Source: Bacillota bacterium
GTDB taxonomy: Bacteria > Bacillota > DTU030 > DUMP01
Reading direction: 5' to 3'
Assembly: GCA_012837285.1 (NCBI GenBank)
Contig: DURJ01000075.1
Span: 10,023-50,022 of the forward strand
Length of the DNA: 40,000 nt
Positions within the stretch are counted from its first letter, which is position 1. Each line of letters starts with the position of its first letter. Of this stretch, positions 9,229-17,428 are shown one piece after another. The notes under the pieces were generated by a model. The model made no database searches, was not told the origin of the DNA, and saw only the letters and a program-made list of their open reading frames with translations. The position numbers and the translations under genes were made by a program.

Positions 9229-10408
9229 CGGGGCCGCCCCCTTTCCTATTGCTGGGAATCACTTGGGCTAATACCCAGTATTGCTGTTCACGAAGGGCCT
9301 CCATACATTCCTCCCGCGTATCTCCCCGGGCTAGAACGGTGCAAATCGGAGAGTGGGCCGATATTTTTTCACCCGGATGAGGAATGTCACGGATCCCGGC
9401 TCGGAACCAGCCACCGGTATCGCCGCAGCTTAAATCCCATGGGGCGTAGACGACAGCTTTCCCCCAATAGCCCTGCCGCTGGCATATGGCAGGCAAAACG
9501 GCCTGTTCTACCCCAAAGCCCTGACAGGCCTTGACATGCAACGAAAACAAGTCGTAGCCATAAGCAGCAGCAAAAAGCTCCATAGATGCCGAGTAGCGGG
9601 GATTCACCTCCAGAAACATCGGTTCGTCGTCAGCAGTGAGAAGAAAATCAATACCATTTAATCCCTTCAAACCAAATTCCACGGTGACGAGGTTAATCAG
9701 CTTCTTTAACCAAGTCCACAAGCCAATCGGGAACTCACTCCATCGATCCAGCCATAACGGTACGATGTTGCCTGAATAAATAAATTCTGATGCTCCAAAA
9801 TCCCGGCTTCCACATAATTGTTCACTTATGCCTAAAACGTAAGCTTTCTGACCATTGGCAACAAAGGAGACGGAGGCCGGCATACTGGCCCGATACTCCT
9901 GCAGCAGGTAGTCTTCGGACAGATGCACCTCCTCCGCCGCCCAGTTAATGTTGGTTCCACCGCCGGACTTTCTGGGTTTTAACAGCCACCGTCCCGAAGG
10001 CACCGGCCCCTGCCATTGATACAACGTCCGCGGGTAAGCGAACCTGTTAGTCTCCAAGAACCGGTGAAGTTGTTCCCAATCTCTGACCCGCCGTAGGGTA
10101 GAGCTGTCGTTACCCAACAGCTCTCGGCCGGTTGTCAATTCAGCCACCAAATCAGGCTCATCATCCAGGCCTGAAGTATAGGCCAAAGTATCATAACTCA
10201 ACTTGGTGGCGGACGTGGCCAAGGCTTGGGCTGAAAAAGATGCCTGTCCAAAATCCCGCCACAGTGAATAACTCTGCCCCCATTGGTTTTGATCATAGTC
10301 ACCAAAGTAATCCAAGGTTAGGAGCTCATAGCTGCTGCCTTCCTTGCTCTTGGCAACAGCTTCAGCCAAACCCCGAGTGCTAAAACCCAGCACCAACAAC
10401 TTCTGCAA
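9218..10408 (-). CDS. ATP-grasp superfamily carboligase (COG2232-like), probable methanofuran/H4MPT biosynthesis accessory
   Basis: 396 aa; GRWLLKPRKSGGGTNINWA, EDYLLQEYRASMPASVSFVANGQKAYVLG, GLNGIDFLLTADDEPMFLEVNPRYSASMEL. Confidence 0.78.
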   Translation of the reverse strand: MQKLLVLGFSTRGLAEAVAKSKEGSSYELLTLDYFGDYDQNQWGQSYSLWRDFGQASFSAQALATSATKLSYDTLAYTSGLDDEPDLVAELTTGRELLGNDSSTLRRVRDWEQLHRFLETNRFAYPRTLYQWQGPVPSGRWLLKPRKSGGGTNINWAAEEVHLSEDYLLQEYRASMPASVSFVANGQKAYVLGISEQLCGSRDFGASEFIYSGNIVPLWLDRWSEFPIGLWTWLKKLINLVTVEFGLKGLNGIDFLLTADDEPMFLEVNPRYSASMELFAAAYGYDLFSLHVKACQGFGVEQAVLPAICQRQGYWGKAVVYAPWDLSCGDTGGWFRAGIRDIPHPGEKISAHSPICTVLARGDTREECMEALREQQYWVLAQVIPSNRKGGGPGEG

Positions 10409-10420
10409 GACCGTTTCCTC

Positions 10421-11281
10421 CTAGCTGTCCTGGCCTAAACTATATACTTCTTGAGCATCCAGGAACACATCGTTTCTAGTAAACAGATGGTCCACAGCAG
10501 TCTTGTGAATCTTCATCTTGAGTCCGCCGATGCCCAGGGCGCCAAAACATATTTTCCCCTGACGCCTCTTCCCATCATCGCTCAGTTTCAGGCCAGTAAC
10601 ACCGCCAGGGGGCACAGCATTAAGGTCTGCTACAACTCTCAAGGCCGCGGCTCCAGCCCAGGTTTCCTCGGTCAAAAGAACTGCGCCTAAGGCACCGGTA
10701 GTGACCACAATGGCCTTATCGGCTAAGGCTGCACCTGCAGCCTGTTGATCATTAGGATTAAGCTTCAACGGTTCTACGACCACCTTATATTGTTCCGCTA
10801 AAGTCTGACAGGCCGCTTCGGCCCGAGCCATGGATCGGGAAGTCAAAGTTACCTGGCCGCCGCCCAAAGACAACAAGGCTGCCACTCTGAGTCCTACCGG
10901 TCCCGTTCCCGCCATTACCAAAGCCTTCTGCCCAGCTACGGGATAAGCACGATTAATTTTGATAACCGCTGCTGCCGCTGTAGTGTTACAGCCATTAGCA
11001 TCCATTAACACCGACACTCGAACCGAACCGAAAAAAGTCTTTTGCACAGTCGTTAACACTTCCTGGGCAGTTGCCACTTGTGAACCGCCGATGAATATGG
11101 CCGTATTTTTTAGATCTTGGTTGCTGCGGGTAAACATTGCTCCGTAGACAAAATCGCGTACATTCTCTGCCGTCACCCCACCGTAGGCCAAGACATGGTC
11201 GACTCCGGCATCGTAGGCCACAACAGTGTCAAAAACACTGGGCATGGAGTCTGTATCCAGTTGAATGAGTAGTTTCTTCAC
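10421..11281 (-). CDS. mtdB: NAD(P)-dependent methylene-tetrahydromethanopterin dehydrogenase
   Basis: 286 aa; KKLLIQLDTDSMPSVFDTVVAYDAGVDHVLAYGGVT, FIGGSQVATAQEVL, GTGPVGLRVAALLSLGGGQVTLTSRS. GTG start after GGGAGG. Confidence 0.88.
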   Translation of the reverse strand: MKKLLIQLDTDSMPSVFDTVVAYDAGVDHVLAYGGVTAENVRDFVYGAMFTRSNQDLKNTAIFIGGSQVATAQEVLTTVQKTFFGSVRVSVLMDANGCNTTAAAAVIKINRAYPVAGQKALVMAGTGPVGLRVAALLSLGGGQVTLTSRSMARAEAACQTLAEQYKVVVEPLKLNPNDQQAAGAALADKAIVVTTGALGAVLLTEETWAGAAALRVVADLNAVPPGGVTGLKLSDDGKRRQGKICFGALGIGGLKMKIHKTAVDHLFTRNDVFLDAQEVYSLGQDS

Positions 11282-11488
11282 CCTGCCACCTCCCCTGCAC
11301 TGAGCCTAATTGCAGATGCAGCAGTACGAAAAAAGTAAACTGCAGGAGGTTAGCAGTGGTGGTGCCTGTTTCCTTCTGTCTTACCACCCGCTTCACCTCC
11401 CACAGCCTACAGACAAGTTAGACCCCCCTACATATCCTTATTGCTGCTTAAAATACTGAGGTCTCATCACTGTCCTAACATCCGCTGT

Positions 11489-12976
11489 CTATACAGTATC
11501 ATGCCAGCTACAGTGGCTATGGCGTTTAGTCAAGATGCAGACAGCACAGTCCTTGCAAACTCGGGCTGGAGAACCGGGGACTTCAGGGTTCAGGGCAATA
11601 ATATTGGTCATCAAAGTGGCGGTTACCGGCTCGCTGGTCAGGAGACAAGGGAAGTCGGCCAGCCGCATAAGAGCGGAGAATCGTACCGTAATACCACAGG
11701 CCGGATAGGTGTAACGCTGAGGATTAGCCAGCACCTCATTCTTCTCGATGGGATCTAAATCAACTTTGACACCTCTCACCTTGCCGCCATTGCCAATAGG
11801 TTCATCTTCCAGAATATTGCTCCCCCGGTGGATCATATCCATAAAGTCTACATTGTGGAGTTCAGCAGCAGCCCCACGGTTCGGATATAGTTGGACATAG
11901 TTGTAGAAACGTTTCGTTAACAGATCGATCACCATCGGCGCAGTGAATCCATCTTTCTCCAAGATGTAAGCTGCCCCACAGGCAGTGGAACCGGTAGCTA
12001 CACTCAAAACATCATAGGCGCTGTCGTAGCCCTGTTCCAGCCCTCTCTGGAGAGTGTTGGCCAAAACATCGGTCTCAGCTTCCATAATGGCCATAATTAC
12101 ATCGTCCTTGGCCATATTGAACATCGATTGGGCAATATGGTGAGCCACATCGCCTACACAGTAAGCTGGAACAGTAACAATGTTACCATAATGAACCCCT
12201 GCTTCTACTGCCTTAAGAATGAGGGGCTTCATCCGCTCTTTGTATTTGAGCATATACTCCTTAACATCAAAGGACTGATGACCACCATCGGTCATAAGCT
12301 TCGTCTGAGCTGCGATCGGCTCCCGATAGACCATTTGCAGCATCTCAATCTCGTCCCGAACAGCTTGGGCAGTGGTCTTGCCCGCCTCAATGGAATCGGC
12401 AAAGGCGGCCCCGATCCCATAAGAGGTGTTCATTCCCCACGACTTGGCCGACAAAATAGCCTTTTTATGAGCCGTTGGAATATCTACGCCTTTGAGAATC
12501 TCGTTTACCACTGAAGTGGTGGAACCAGGACAGAAGGCAAAGTCCACCACGCAAGTGGGTCCATAGAACCCGCCATAACGTCTGACCGCCTCTCGTCCAA
12601 CTAAGGCCTCGTTCGTTGCAATGGCGTCGATAAACTTGCTCATAGACTCTTTGAAACCAGTGTCTTCCTCAACCAGAATTTCGAGAATAGGGGGAGTCTG
12701 GTAGTGCTCGACAAAAGGATCGTCTTCAGGTCGGACGTACTCAGTCAATCCTTTGAGGATTTCGTAATGGGCATTGACAGACTGAACATGGAGGTCAATG
12801 ACCTCAGGGGACTGCCCCTCCCCAACGGTCATACCGTTGACGGCATCCACATAGGGCTGGGCGTCACCAATGGTAAAGGTCTGACCCCGCTTTTCCTTAA
12901 TTACCCCGATATCTGCCCGCTGAGCCGATAAGGCTTCTTTAATCATCTTTTCATGGATGGTACTAGACACGGACAA
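11489..12976 (-). CDS. DUF2193-like protein of unknown function (family known mainly from methanogenic archaea)
   Basis: 495 aa; IKEKRGQTFTIGDAQPYVDAVN, EYVRPEDDPFVEHYQTPPILEILVEED, GTTSVVNEILKG-type segment (PGSTTSVVNEILKG), Cys-rich C-terminus ARVCKDCAVCILTKRHSHC. Annotated TTG start; GTG at 12970 also possible. Confidence 0.65.
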   Translation of the reverse strand: MSVSSTIHEKMIKEALSAQRADIGVIKEKRGQTFTIGDAQPYVDAVNGMTVGEGQSPEVIDLHVQSVNAHYEILKGLTEYVRPEDDPFVEHYQTPPILEILVEEDTGFKESMSKFIDAIATNEALVGREAVRRYGGFYGPTCVVDFAFCPGSTTSVVNEILKGVDIPTAHKKAILSAKSWGMNTSYGIGAAFADSIEAGKTTAQAVRDEIEMLQMVYREPIAAQTKLMTDGGHQSFDVKEYMLKYKERMKPLILKAVEAGVHYGNIVTVPAYCVGDVAHHIAQSMFNMAKDDVIMAIMEAETDVLANTLQRGLEQGYDSAYDVLSVATGSTACGAAYILEKDGFTAPMVIDLLTKRFYNYVQLYPNRGAAAELHNVDFMDMIHRGSNILEDEPIGNGGKVRGVKVDLDPIEKNEVLANPQRYTYPACGITVRFSALMRLADFPCLLTSEPVTATLMTNIIALNPEVPGSPARVCKDCAVCILTKRHSHCSWHDTV

Positions 12977-13086
12977 TTCCCCTTTCTTTTTTCTTTTTTG
13001 CCCAAACCATACTTACCAGTAAACAGTGTGCCGAAACTTCAACCTCACCTCCCCTGTTTTTGGCACAATTCTTACTTGTTTCTATT

Positions 13087-13102
13087 TGCAATAATTGTGC
13101 CA
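13087..13102 (-). promoter_or_regulatory. Sigma-54 (-24/-12) promoter
   Basis: Minus strand TGGCAC-AATTA-TTGCA, i.e. GG-N10-GC spacing, in the intergenic region upstream of the DUF2193-like gene; predicted TSS near 13076. Confidence 0.8.
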
Positions 13103-13286
13103 GGCTTGGCAATATTGTGCCTACCCTACGGTCAGTGAGGCTTGTGGCTATTTCTGCAGCGGAAAATACTGTTCAGGATGGTGTTTCACAATGATACGGT
13201 TCTGGTATACAGTTTGGTTATTTATGGTTTTAGAGTAGAGAGGGAGAATGGTGGACAAGATTTGTTTCATTCCGGCACATGATCCA

Positions 13287-15242
13287 CTATGATGCATCTT
13301 CCCGAAAAGTTTTCAGTTCAATCGCATAGCGCTTTAGTTTCCGATACAAAGTGGTACGACCGATTCCCAGAAAGGCTGCCACTTTGCTTACATTTCCTTG
13401 ATAAACCTCCAGTGCCTGCACAATGGCCATTCGTTCCACCTCGGCTAAGCTGTGACCTTTTTCGGCCATGGCTGGCCTCATGGTATGCGACCGGGGCACA
13501 CAAATCCGCGCCGGAAAATGTTCCAGCTGTAAAGTTCCGTCCTCTGCCAGGTGTAATGCCTGTTCAATGGCATTTTGTAGTTCCCGAACATTGCCGGGCC
13601 AGTGATACTCTAATAGAACTTGTTTAATAGACGGGTTCATAACCACCTGCTCATAACCTAATTGCCCGGAAACACGTCGCAGAAAATAGCGCGCCAGCAA
13701 GAGGACATCATCGCCTCGCTCCCGCAACGGCGGAATAAACAGATTAACCACGCTGAGACGATGAAACAGATCTAAACGAAAGTGTCCTTCATTGACTAGC
13801 TTAGCAATGTCCTTGTTGGTGGCGGCAATAAATCTAACTTGAATTGGAACTGGCGTATGCCCTCCGATCCGAATCACTTGCTTTTCTTCCAGCACTCGAA
13901 GCAAACTGGCCTGCGTCTCCAGCGGGATGTCGCCAATTTCGTCCAGAAACAAAGTACCGCCGCTGGCTAATTCAAACTTTCCCGGTCGCCCCCCTCGTTT
14001 TGCCCCGGTAAAGGCGCCCTCTTCATAGCCAAACAGCTCGCTTTCCACTAAGTCGCGCGGCAAAGCGGCACAATTGATCGCTACAAAAGGCCCGTCCCGT
14101 CGAGGACTGGCATTGTGGATTGCTTGAGCAAATAGATCCTTCCCAGTACCGCTTTCTCCCATGATCAACAAGGTGGAATCTGTGCGGGCTACCCGTTTGG
14201 CGATACCGATACTCTCAGTGAACTTTGGATCTTCTCCAATTAAGTCCTCAAATTCGAACCGAGCCTGGGCGCCGGCCATGCGCGTCACCAATCGTTGTAC
14301 CGACTTCATCTCTCGGCAAGTCAGCACCACCCCGATAACTCCGCCCCGTTTGGAACAAACAGGCTGACTGGAAACAGTGAGGCGTAACCGCCGGCCCTGA
14401 AAATCTACCGCCAACTCCCGGTCATTAAAACCTTCTCGACCAGTCTTAATCATCCGTAATAATGGAAAAGAGTTGCAGAAAACTTCTTCCACGGGCTTCC
14501 CCAAACATTCCACCGGATCGAGACCGAAAATTCTCCCAGCTACAGTATTCATTTGGCTAACGATGCCCTTATTATCGATAAAGATAAGGCCCTCAGAAAT
14601 CGATTGTAACACCGACACCAGCCGATCCCAGGTCTGTTCCAATTTCAGCTCCATTTGCACCGCTGCCGTCAGTGCTATCAACATAGCAAGAGTATGAAAA
14701 CAAAGCGTTCTCTGGTAACCGGCCATGCCGAGGACTCCTATTAATTCACCCTCCGGGTCAAACAACGGAGCAGCGGCGCACGACAACCCTTGCATCATAT
14801 TAAGATAGTGTTCGGTCCCAGTAACCAGGCTCGGGCTTTTCTCTGCGATAGCCAGGCTGATTGCATTAGTTCCCAACTCTTCTTCTCGCCACTGAGTTCC
14901 CACCCTGAGGGCAGTCTCTGGGGGAGACAATCGGTTCAGGTCTCCGGTAGCGGCGACAATGCATCCCTCTGGATCACAGAAGAATGCCGCTCCATCTAAA
15001 TCACAAAACCCACTGATCTTCTCCAGGAAGGGTCGGCTAACGCGCACCACTGAAGCGGATGCCTCCAGTCGTTCCTTCAGCTCTCGTCCCTGTAACTGAG
15101 TCCACCTAACTTCTTGAAAGGGATCCAGCCCCCGCCGTCGGCACCTTTCCCAAGAAGCCATGATCTCAGGGCGGATTCCCTCCACCGGTATTCCCTGCCC
15201 AACAAAACGTTCCCAACAACTTTTTATCTGATTCTGAACCAT
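13287..15242 (-). CDS. Sigma-54-dependent enhancer-binding transcriptional regulator (AcoR-like: GAF, PAS, AAA+, Fis HTH)
   Basis: 651 aa; [15 protein letters not shown] (Walker A), GAFTGA ([11 protein letters not shown]), [46 protein letters not shown]-terminal [30 protein letters not shown]. Confidence 0.95.
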   Translation of the reverse strand: MVQNQIKSCWERFVGQGIPVEGIRPEIMASWERCRRRGLDPFQEVRWTQLQGRELKERLEASASVVRVSRPFLEKISGFCDLDGAAFFCDPEGCIVAATGDLNRLSPPETALRVGTQWREEELGTNAISLAIAEKSPSLVTGTEHYLNMMQGLSCAAAPLFDPEGELIGVLGMAGYQRTLCFHTLAMLIALTAAVQMELKLEQTWDRLVSVLQSISEGLIFIDNKGIVSQMNTVAGRIFGLDPVECLGKPVEEVFCNSFPLLRMIKTGREGFNDRELAVDFQGRRLRLTVSSQPVCSKRGGVIGVVLTCREMKSVQRLVTRMAGAQARFEFEDLIGEDPKFTESIGIAKRVARTDSTLLIMGESGTGKDLFAQAIHNASPRRDGPFVAINCAALPRDLVESELFGYEEGAFTGAKRGGRPGKFELASGGTLFLDEIGDIPLETQASLLRVLEEKQVIRIGGHTPVPIQVRFIAATNKDIAKLVNEGHFRLDLFHRLSVVNLFIPPLRERGDDVLLLARYFLRRVSGQLGYEQVVMNPSIKQVLLEYHWPGNVRELQNAIEQALHLAEDGTLQLEHFPARICVPRSHTMRPAMAEKGHSLAEVERMAIVQALEVYQGNVSKVAAFLGIGRTTLYRKLKRYAIELKTFREDAS

Positions 15243-15244
15243 GG

Positions 15245-16231
15245 TTAATCATCCTTTTCCCCGGTCACCGAAGCTCCCTGGTTTCGTGGCGACAAACAAC
15301 GCACCTTAGCCGGTACCTCAATCTGCTTCAGGTACGTTTTCAACTCCTGTTGAATTTCCTCCCCCAAAGCCCGACACTCAACCACTCCGTACAAGGTCGG
15401 TCCCCAGGAACTTTGCCCGGCGCCGGTGGCTCCGGCATTGAGGAGCAGACGCACAATCCCTTCAGCTGCAGGATGGCTGTACAATCCCCCTTGGATCGGA
15501 GCAAACTGTTTGCCAATGGTCCACTGAATCTCTGTCAGAGCCTGCCCAAAAGCTTCAATGTCTCTTTCCAGTAAGGCCGGCAGGAGCTGCATAACTAACA
15601 GGCGACAAACAAGCCCCACATCTTCCGGCGGTATTGGCGGCATGGCCCGAAACGCTTGCCATTCCCGGTGCCCACTGTAACCCGCTGTGCTGGCCGGAGT
15701 TACTACTAGAAAACACCAATCTGAAGGAAAGTCGTGTCTAAAAATGAGCGGGGGTACGTATCCTTTCAGGTCTGCCCGGTCAAATTCTCGCGGAATTCCT
15801 CCGTCCACTACAAAACCCCCGCTCTGGAAAATGCCAATCCCCACCCCTGATTGGTGTCCCCGACCGCTGATCCGAGCTAATTCCGCCACCGAATAATCCT
15901 GATCGTAGAGGTGAAACAAAGCCGCGCCCACAGCCAGGGCTAATTGGGTACCCGACCCCAACCCCACATGTGATGGGATCGCCTCTTGCACCACCAGGCG
16001 GGCCCCTCCTTGAACCCCCATTTCAGCCAGGAACGTCCTAGCTAAAGACAGGACCCTTTCCTTTTCCCAGCCGTTCACACTCAAGTTTGAAGCTATTTCG
16101 GCCTGAATTACGGTTTTTGGTCCTTCTAAAGCTACCCCCAGCCCACCATAAAGCCGTCCCAGGGAACCGTTCAGGTCTATTTGTCCTAAATGCAGTCGGC
16201 AGGGCGTCTCAACTTTAAGCATTGGTACCAT
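15245..16231 (-). CDS. mptG: Beta-ribofuranosylaminobenzene 5'-phosphate synthase (GHMP fold)
   Basis: 328 aa; VETPCRLHLGQIDLNGSLGRLYGGLGVAL, PSHVGLGSGTQLALAVGAAL, GRGHQSGVGIGIFQSGGFVVDGG, GATGAGQSSWGPTLYGVV. Start likely at the internal ATG at 16222. Confidence 0.92.
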   Translation of the reverse strand: MVPMLKVETPCRLHLGQIDLNGSLGRLYGGLGVALEGPKTVIQAEIASNLSVNGWEKERVLSLARTFLAEMGVQGGARLVVQEAIPSHVGLGSGTQLALAVGAALFHLYDQDYSVAELARISGRGHQSGVGIGIFQSGGFVVDGGIPREFDRADLKGYVPPLIFRHDFPSDWCFLVVTPASTAGYSGHREWQAFRAMPPIPPEDVGLVCRLLVMQLLPALLERDIEAFGQALTEIQWTIGKQFAPIQGGLYSHPAAEGIVRLLLNAGATGAGQSSWGPTLYGVVECRALGEEIQQELKTYLKQIEVPAKVRCLSPRNQGASVTGEKDD

Positions 16232-16802
16232 CCACCTTTCCTCGAAACTGCCGTAAGTACCGAAGAAGAAAGCTCAAGGCTTCTCTTTCCCGTGGTCCAC
16301 CGGTTTTAGTAATAATAGCAGCCAGCCGATCTAGTTCTTGGTTAAGAAAAGAGTGTTTATACAAAAAAGGGCGAGAAGCTAGGATTGCTCCCTCCACCAA
16401 AGCCGCTTGGGCGCGATTGAATCCACTGACAACTCCACTTTCTCCCTCCTGTACAACCCGACAAGTGAACAGGGCTCGTTCTTCCCGATCCTCCATCCTT
16501 TCCACTTCAATTTCCCACCAGCTACAATCTACCAGCACAGTTCCCGGCACTCGTTCCGCCGGAACGCCCGGCAGAACCGGATCACCTACAGCCGTGTAGA
16601 CGAAAAGCGACCCATCGTAACTTAAATTTACTACTCCGACGCCGGTCGAGAGCAGGTTCTGATAGGTATGAGTTGTTTTATACGGCCGCACTTGCAGAGC
16701 CTGCTCCGTCGGCAACAAAGTAATACCCATGGGGGCAGGATTCATCTGTCCCTGCGGGCTAACCGTGGTAACAATGGACTCAATGATCATGGCCTGATTC
16801 AC
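16215..16802 (-). CDS. DUF447-like protein, commonly linked to H4MPT gene clusters
   Basis: 195 aa; IIESIVTTVSPQGQMNPAPMGITL, RPYKTTHTYQNL, GVVNLSYDGSLFVYTAVGD, AALVEGAILASRPFLY. Confidence 0.7.
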   Translation of the reverse strand: MNQAMIIESIVTTVSPQGQMNPAPMGITLLPTEQALQVRPYKTTHTYQNLLSTGVGVVNLSYDGSLFVYTAVGDPVLPGVPAERVPGTVLVDCSWWEIEVERMEDREERALFTCRVVQEGESGVVSGFNRAQAALVEGAILASRPFLYKHSFLNQELDRLAAIITKTGGPREREALSFLLRYLRQFRGKVDGTNA

Positions 16803-16913
16803 TCCTGTTTTAGCTCAGGGCCGACTTATCTCCATCCTTAAGAAAAGTAACCTCCCAGTAGGTAGGATCATTATTTTCAATATATATACTTTCGCCTTTA
16901 GTCTGACTTTTAC

Positions 16914-16927
16914 CTGCCTTAAGGCAG
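16914..16927. promoter_or_regulatory. Perfect 14-bp palindrome, possible operator
   Basis: CTGCCTTAAGGCAG between the terminator hairpin and the DUF447-like start. Confidence 0.3.
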
Positions 16928-16929
16928 AA

Positions 16930-16974
16930 AAACGAAACCCGGTGGTCATTGCCCATAACCACCGGGTTTCGTTT
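16930..16974 (-). terminator. Intrinsic terminator downstream of the proB-proA-thioesterase unit
   Basis: 17-bp perfect stem (16930-16946 with 16958-16974; core CGAAACCCGGTGGT / ACCACCGGGTTTCG), 11-nt loop, adjoining the stop codon at 16976; T-rich on the minus strand. Confidence 0.85.
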
Positions 16975-16975
16975 C

Positions 16976-17428
16976 TTAGCTGGTCTTGTTGTCCCTTGTT
17001 GAGAGTAGCTCCTGCAAAAGCTGCCAATAATCGGGATGGTGCTTTTTTAAGCTCACCGGTCGGCCGCTCTTTTTGAGCACGAAGCATTGTGTTGTCCTTC
17101 CGGTGGCCACCGGAGTCTCACCGCATCGGATGGTATACGAAAACACCAGTCGGGAAGCAGTGAGATCATCTAACGAGGTGGTAATTGTGATTCGGTCCTC
17201 GAACTTAGCCGGATTCAAGTAACGGCAGTAGGCTTCCACAATGGGAAGCAACATTCCCTGTTCCTCCAGCGCTTTATACGACTGACCCAAGCTTCGAAAA
17301 AAGGCGTTGCGACCCACTTCAAACCAGGTAAAATAGTTACCATAGTAGACCACACCCATTTGATCTGTCTCGGCATAGCGCACGTATATATCCGTGCTCA
17401 CCGCATACCCAGCCGGCAATGTTATCAC
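16976..17428 (-). CDS. Acyl-CoA thioesterase, 4-hydroxybenzoyl-CoA thioesterase/YbgC family
   Basis: 150 aa; DIYVRYAETDQMGVVYYGNYFTWFEVGRNAFFRSLG. Confidence 0.88.
   Translation of the reverse strand: MITLPAGYAVSTDIYVRYAETDQMGVVYYGNYFTWFEVGRNAFFRSLGQSYKALEEQGMLLPIVEAYCRYLNPAKFEDRITITTSLDDLTASRLVFSYTIRCGETPVATGRTTQCFVLKKSGRPVSLKKHHPDYWQLLQELLSTRDNKTS

Noticed and set aside
11441-11758. Plus-strand ORFs antisense to the DUF2193-like gene (also 12128-12514 and 12704-12931)
   Set aside because: They are shadow ORFs of a well-supported minus-strand coding gene with no recognisable domains.
13111-13122. Second sigma-54 promoter upstream of the first
   Set aside because: Minus strand GGCACAATATTGCC has only 9 bp between GG and GC where 10 is expected. 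Recorded as part of the motif cluster, not called as a promoter.
16815-17087. 90-aa minus-strand ORF
   Set aside because: It spans the 17-bp terminator stem and overlaps the thioesterase 3' end in another frame. Translation has no family resemblance.
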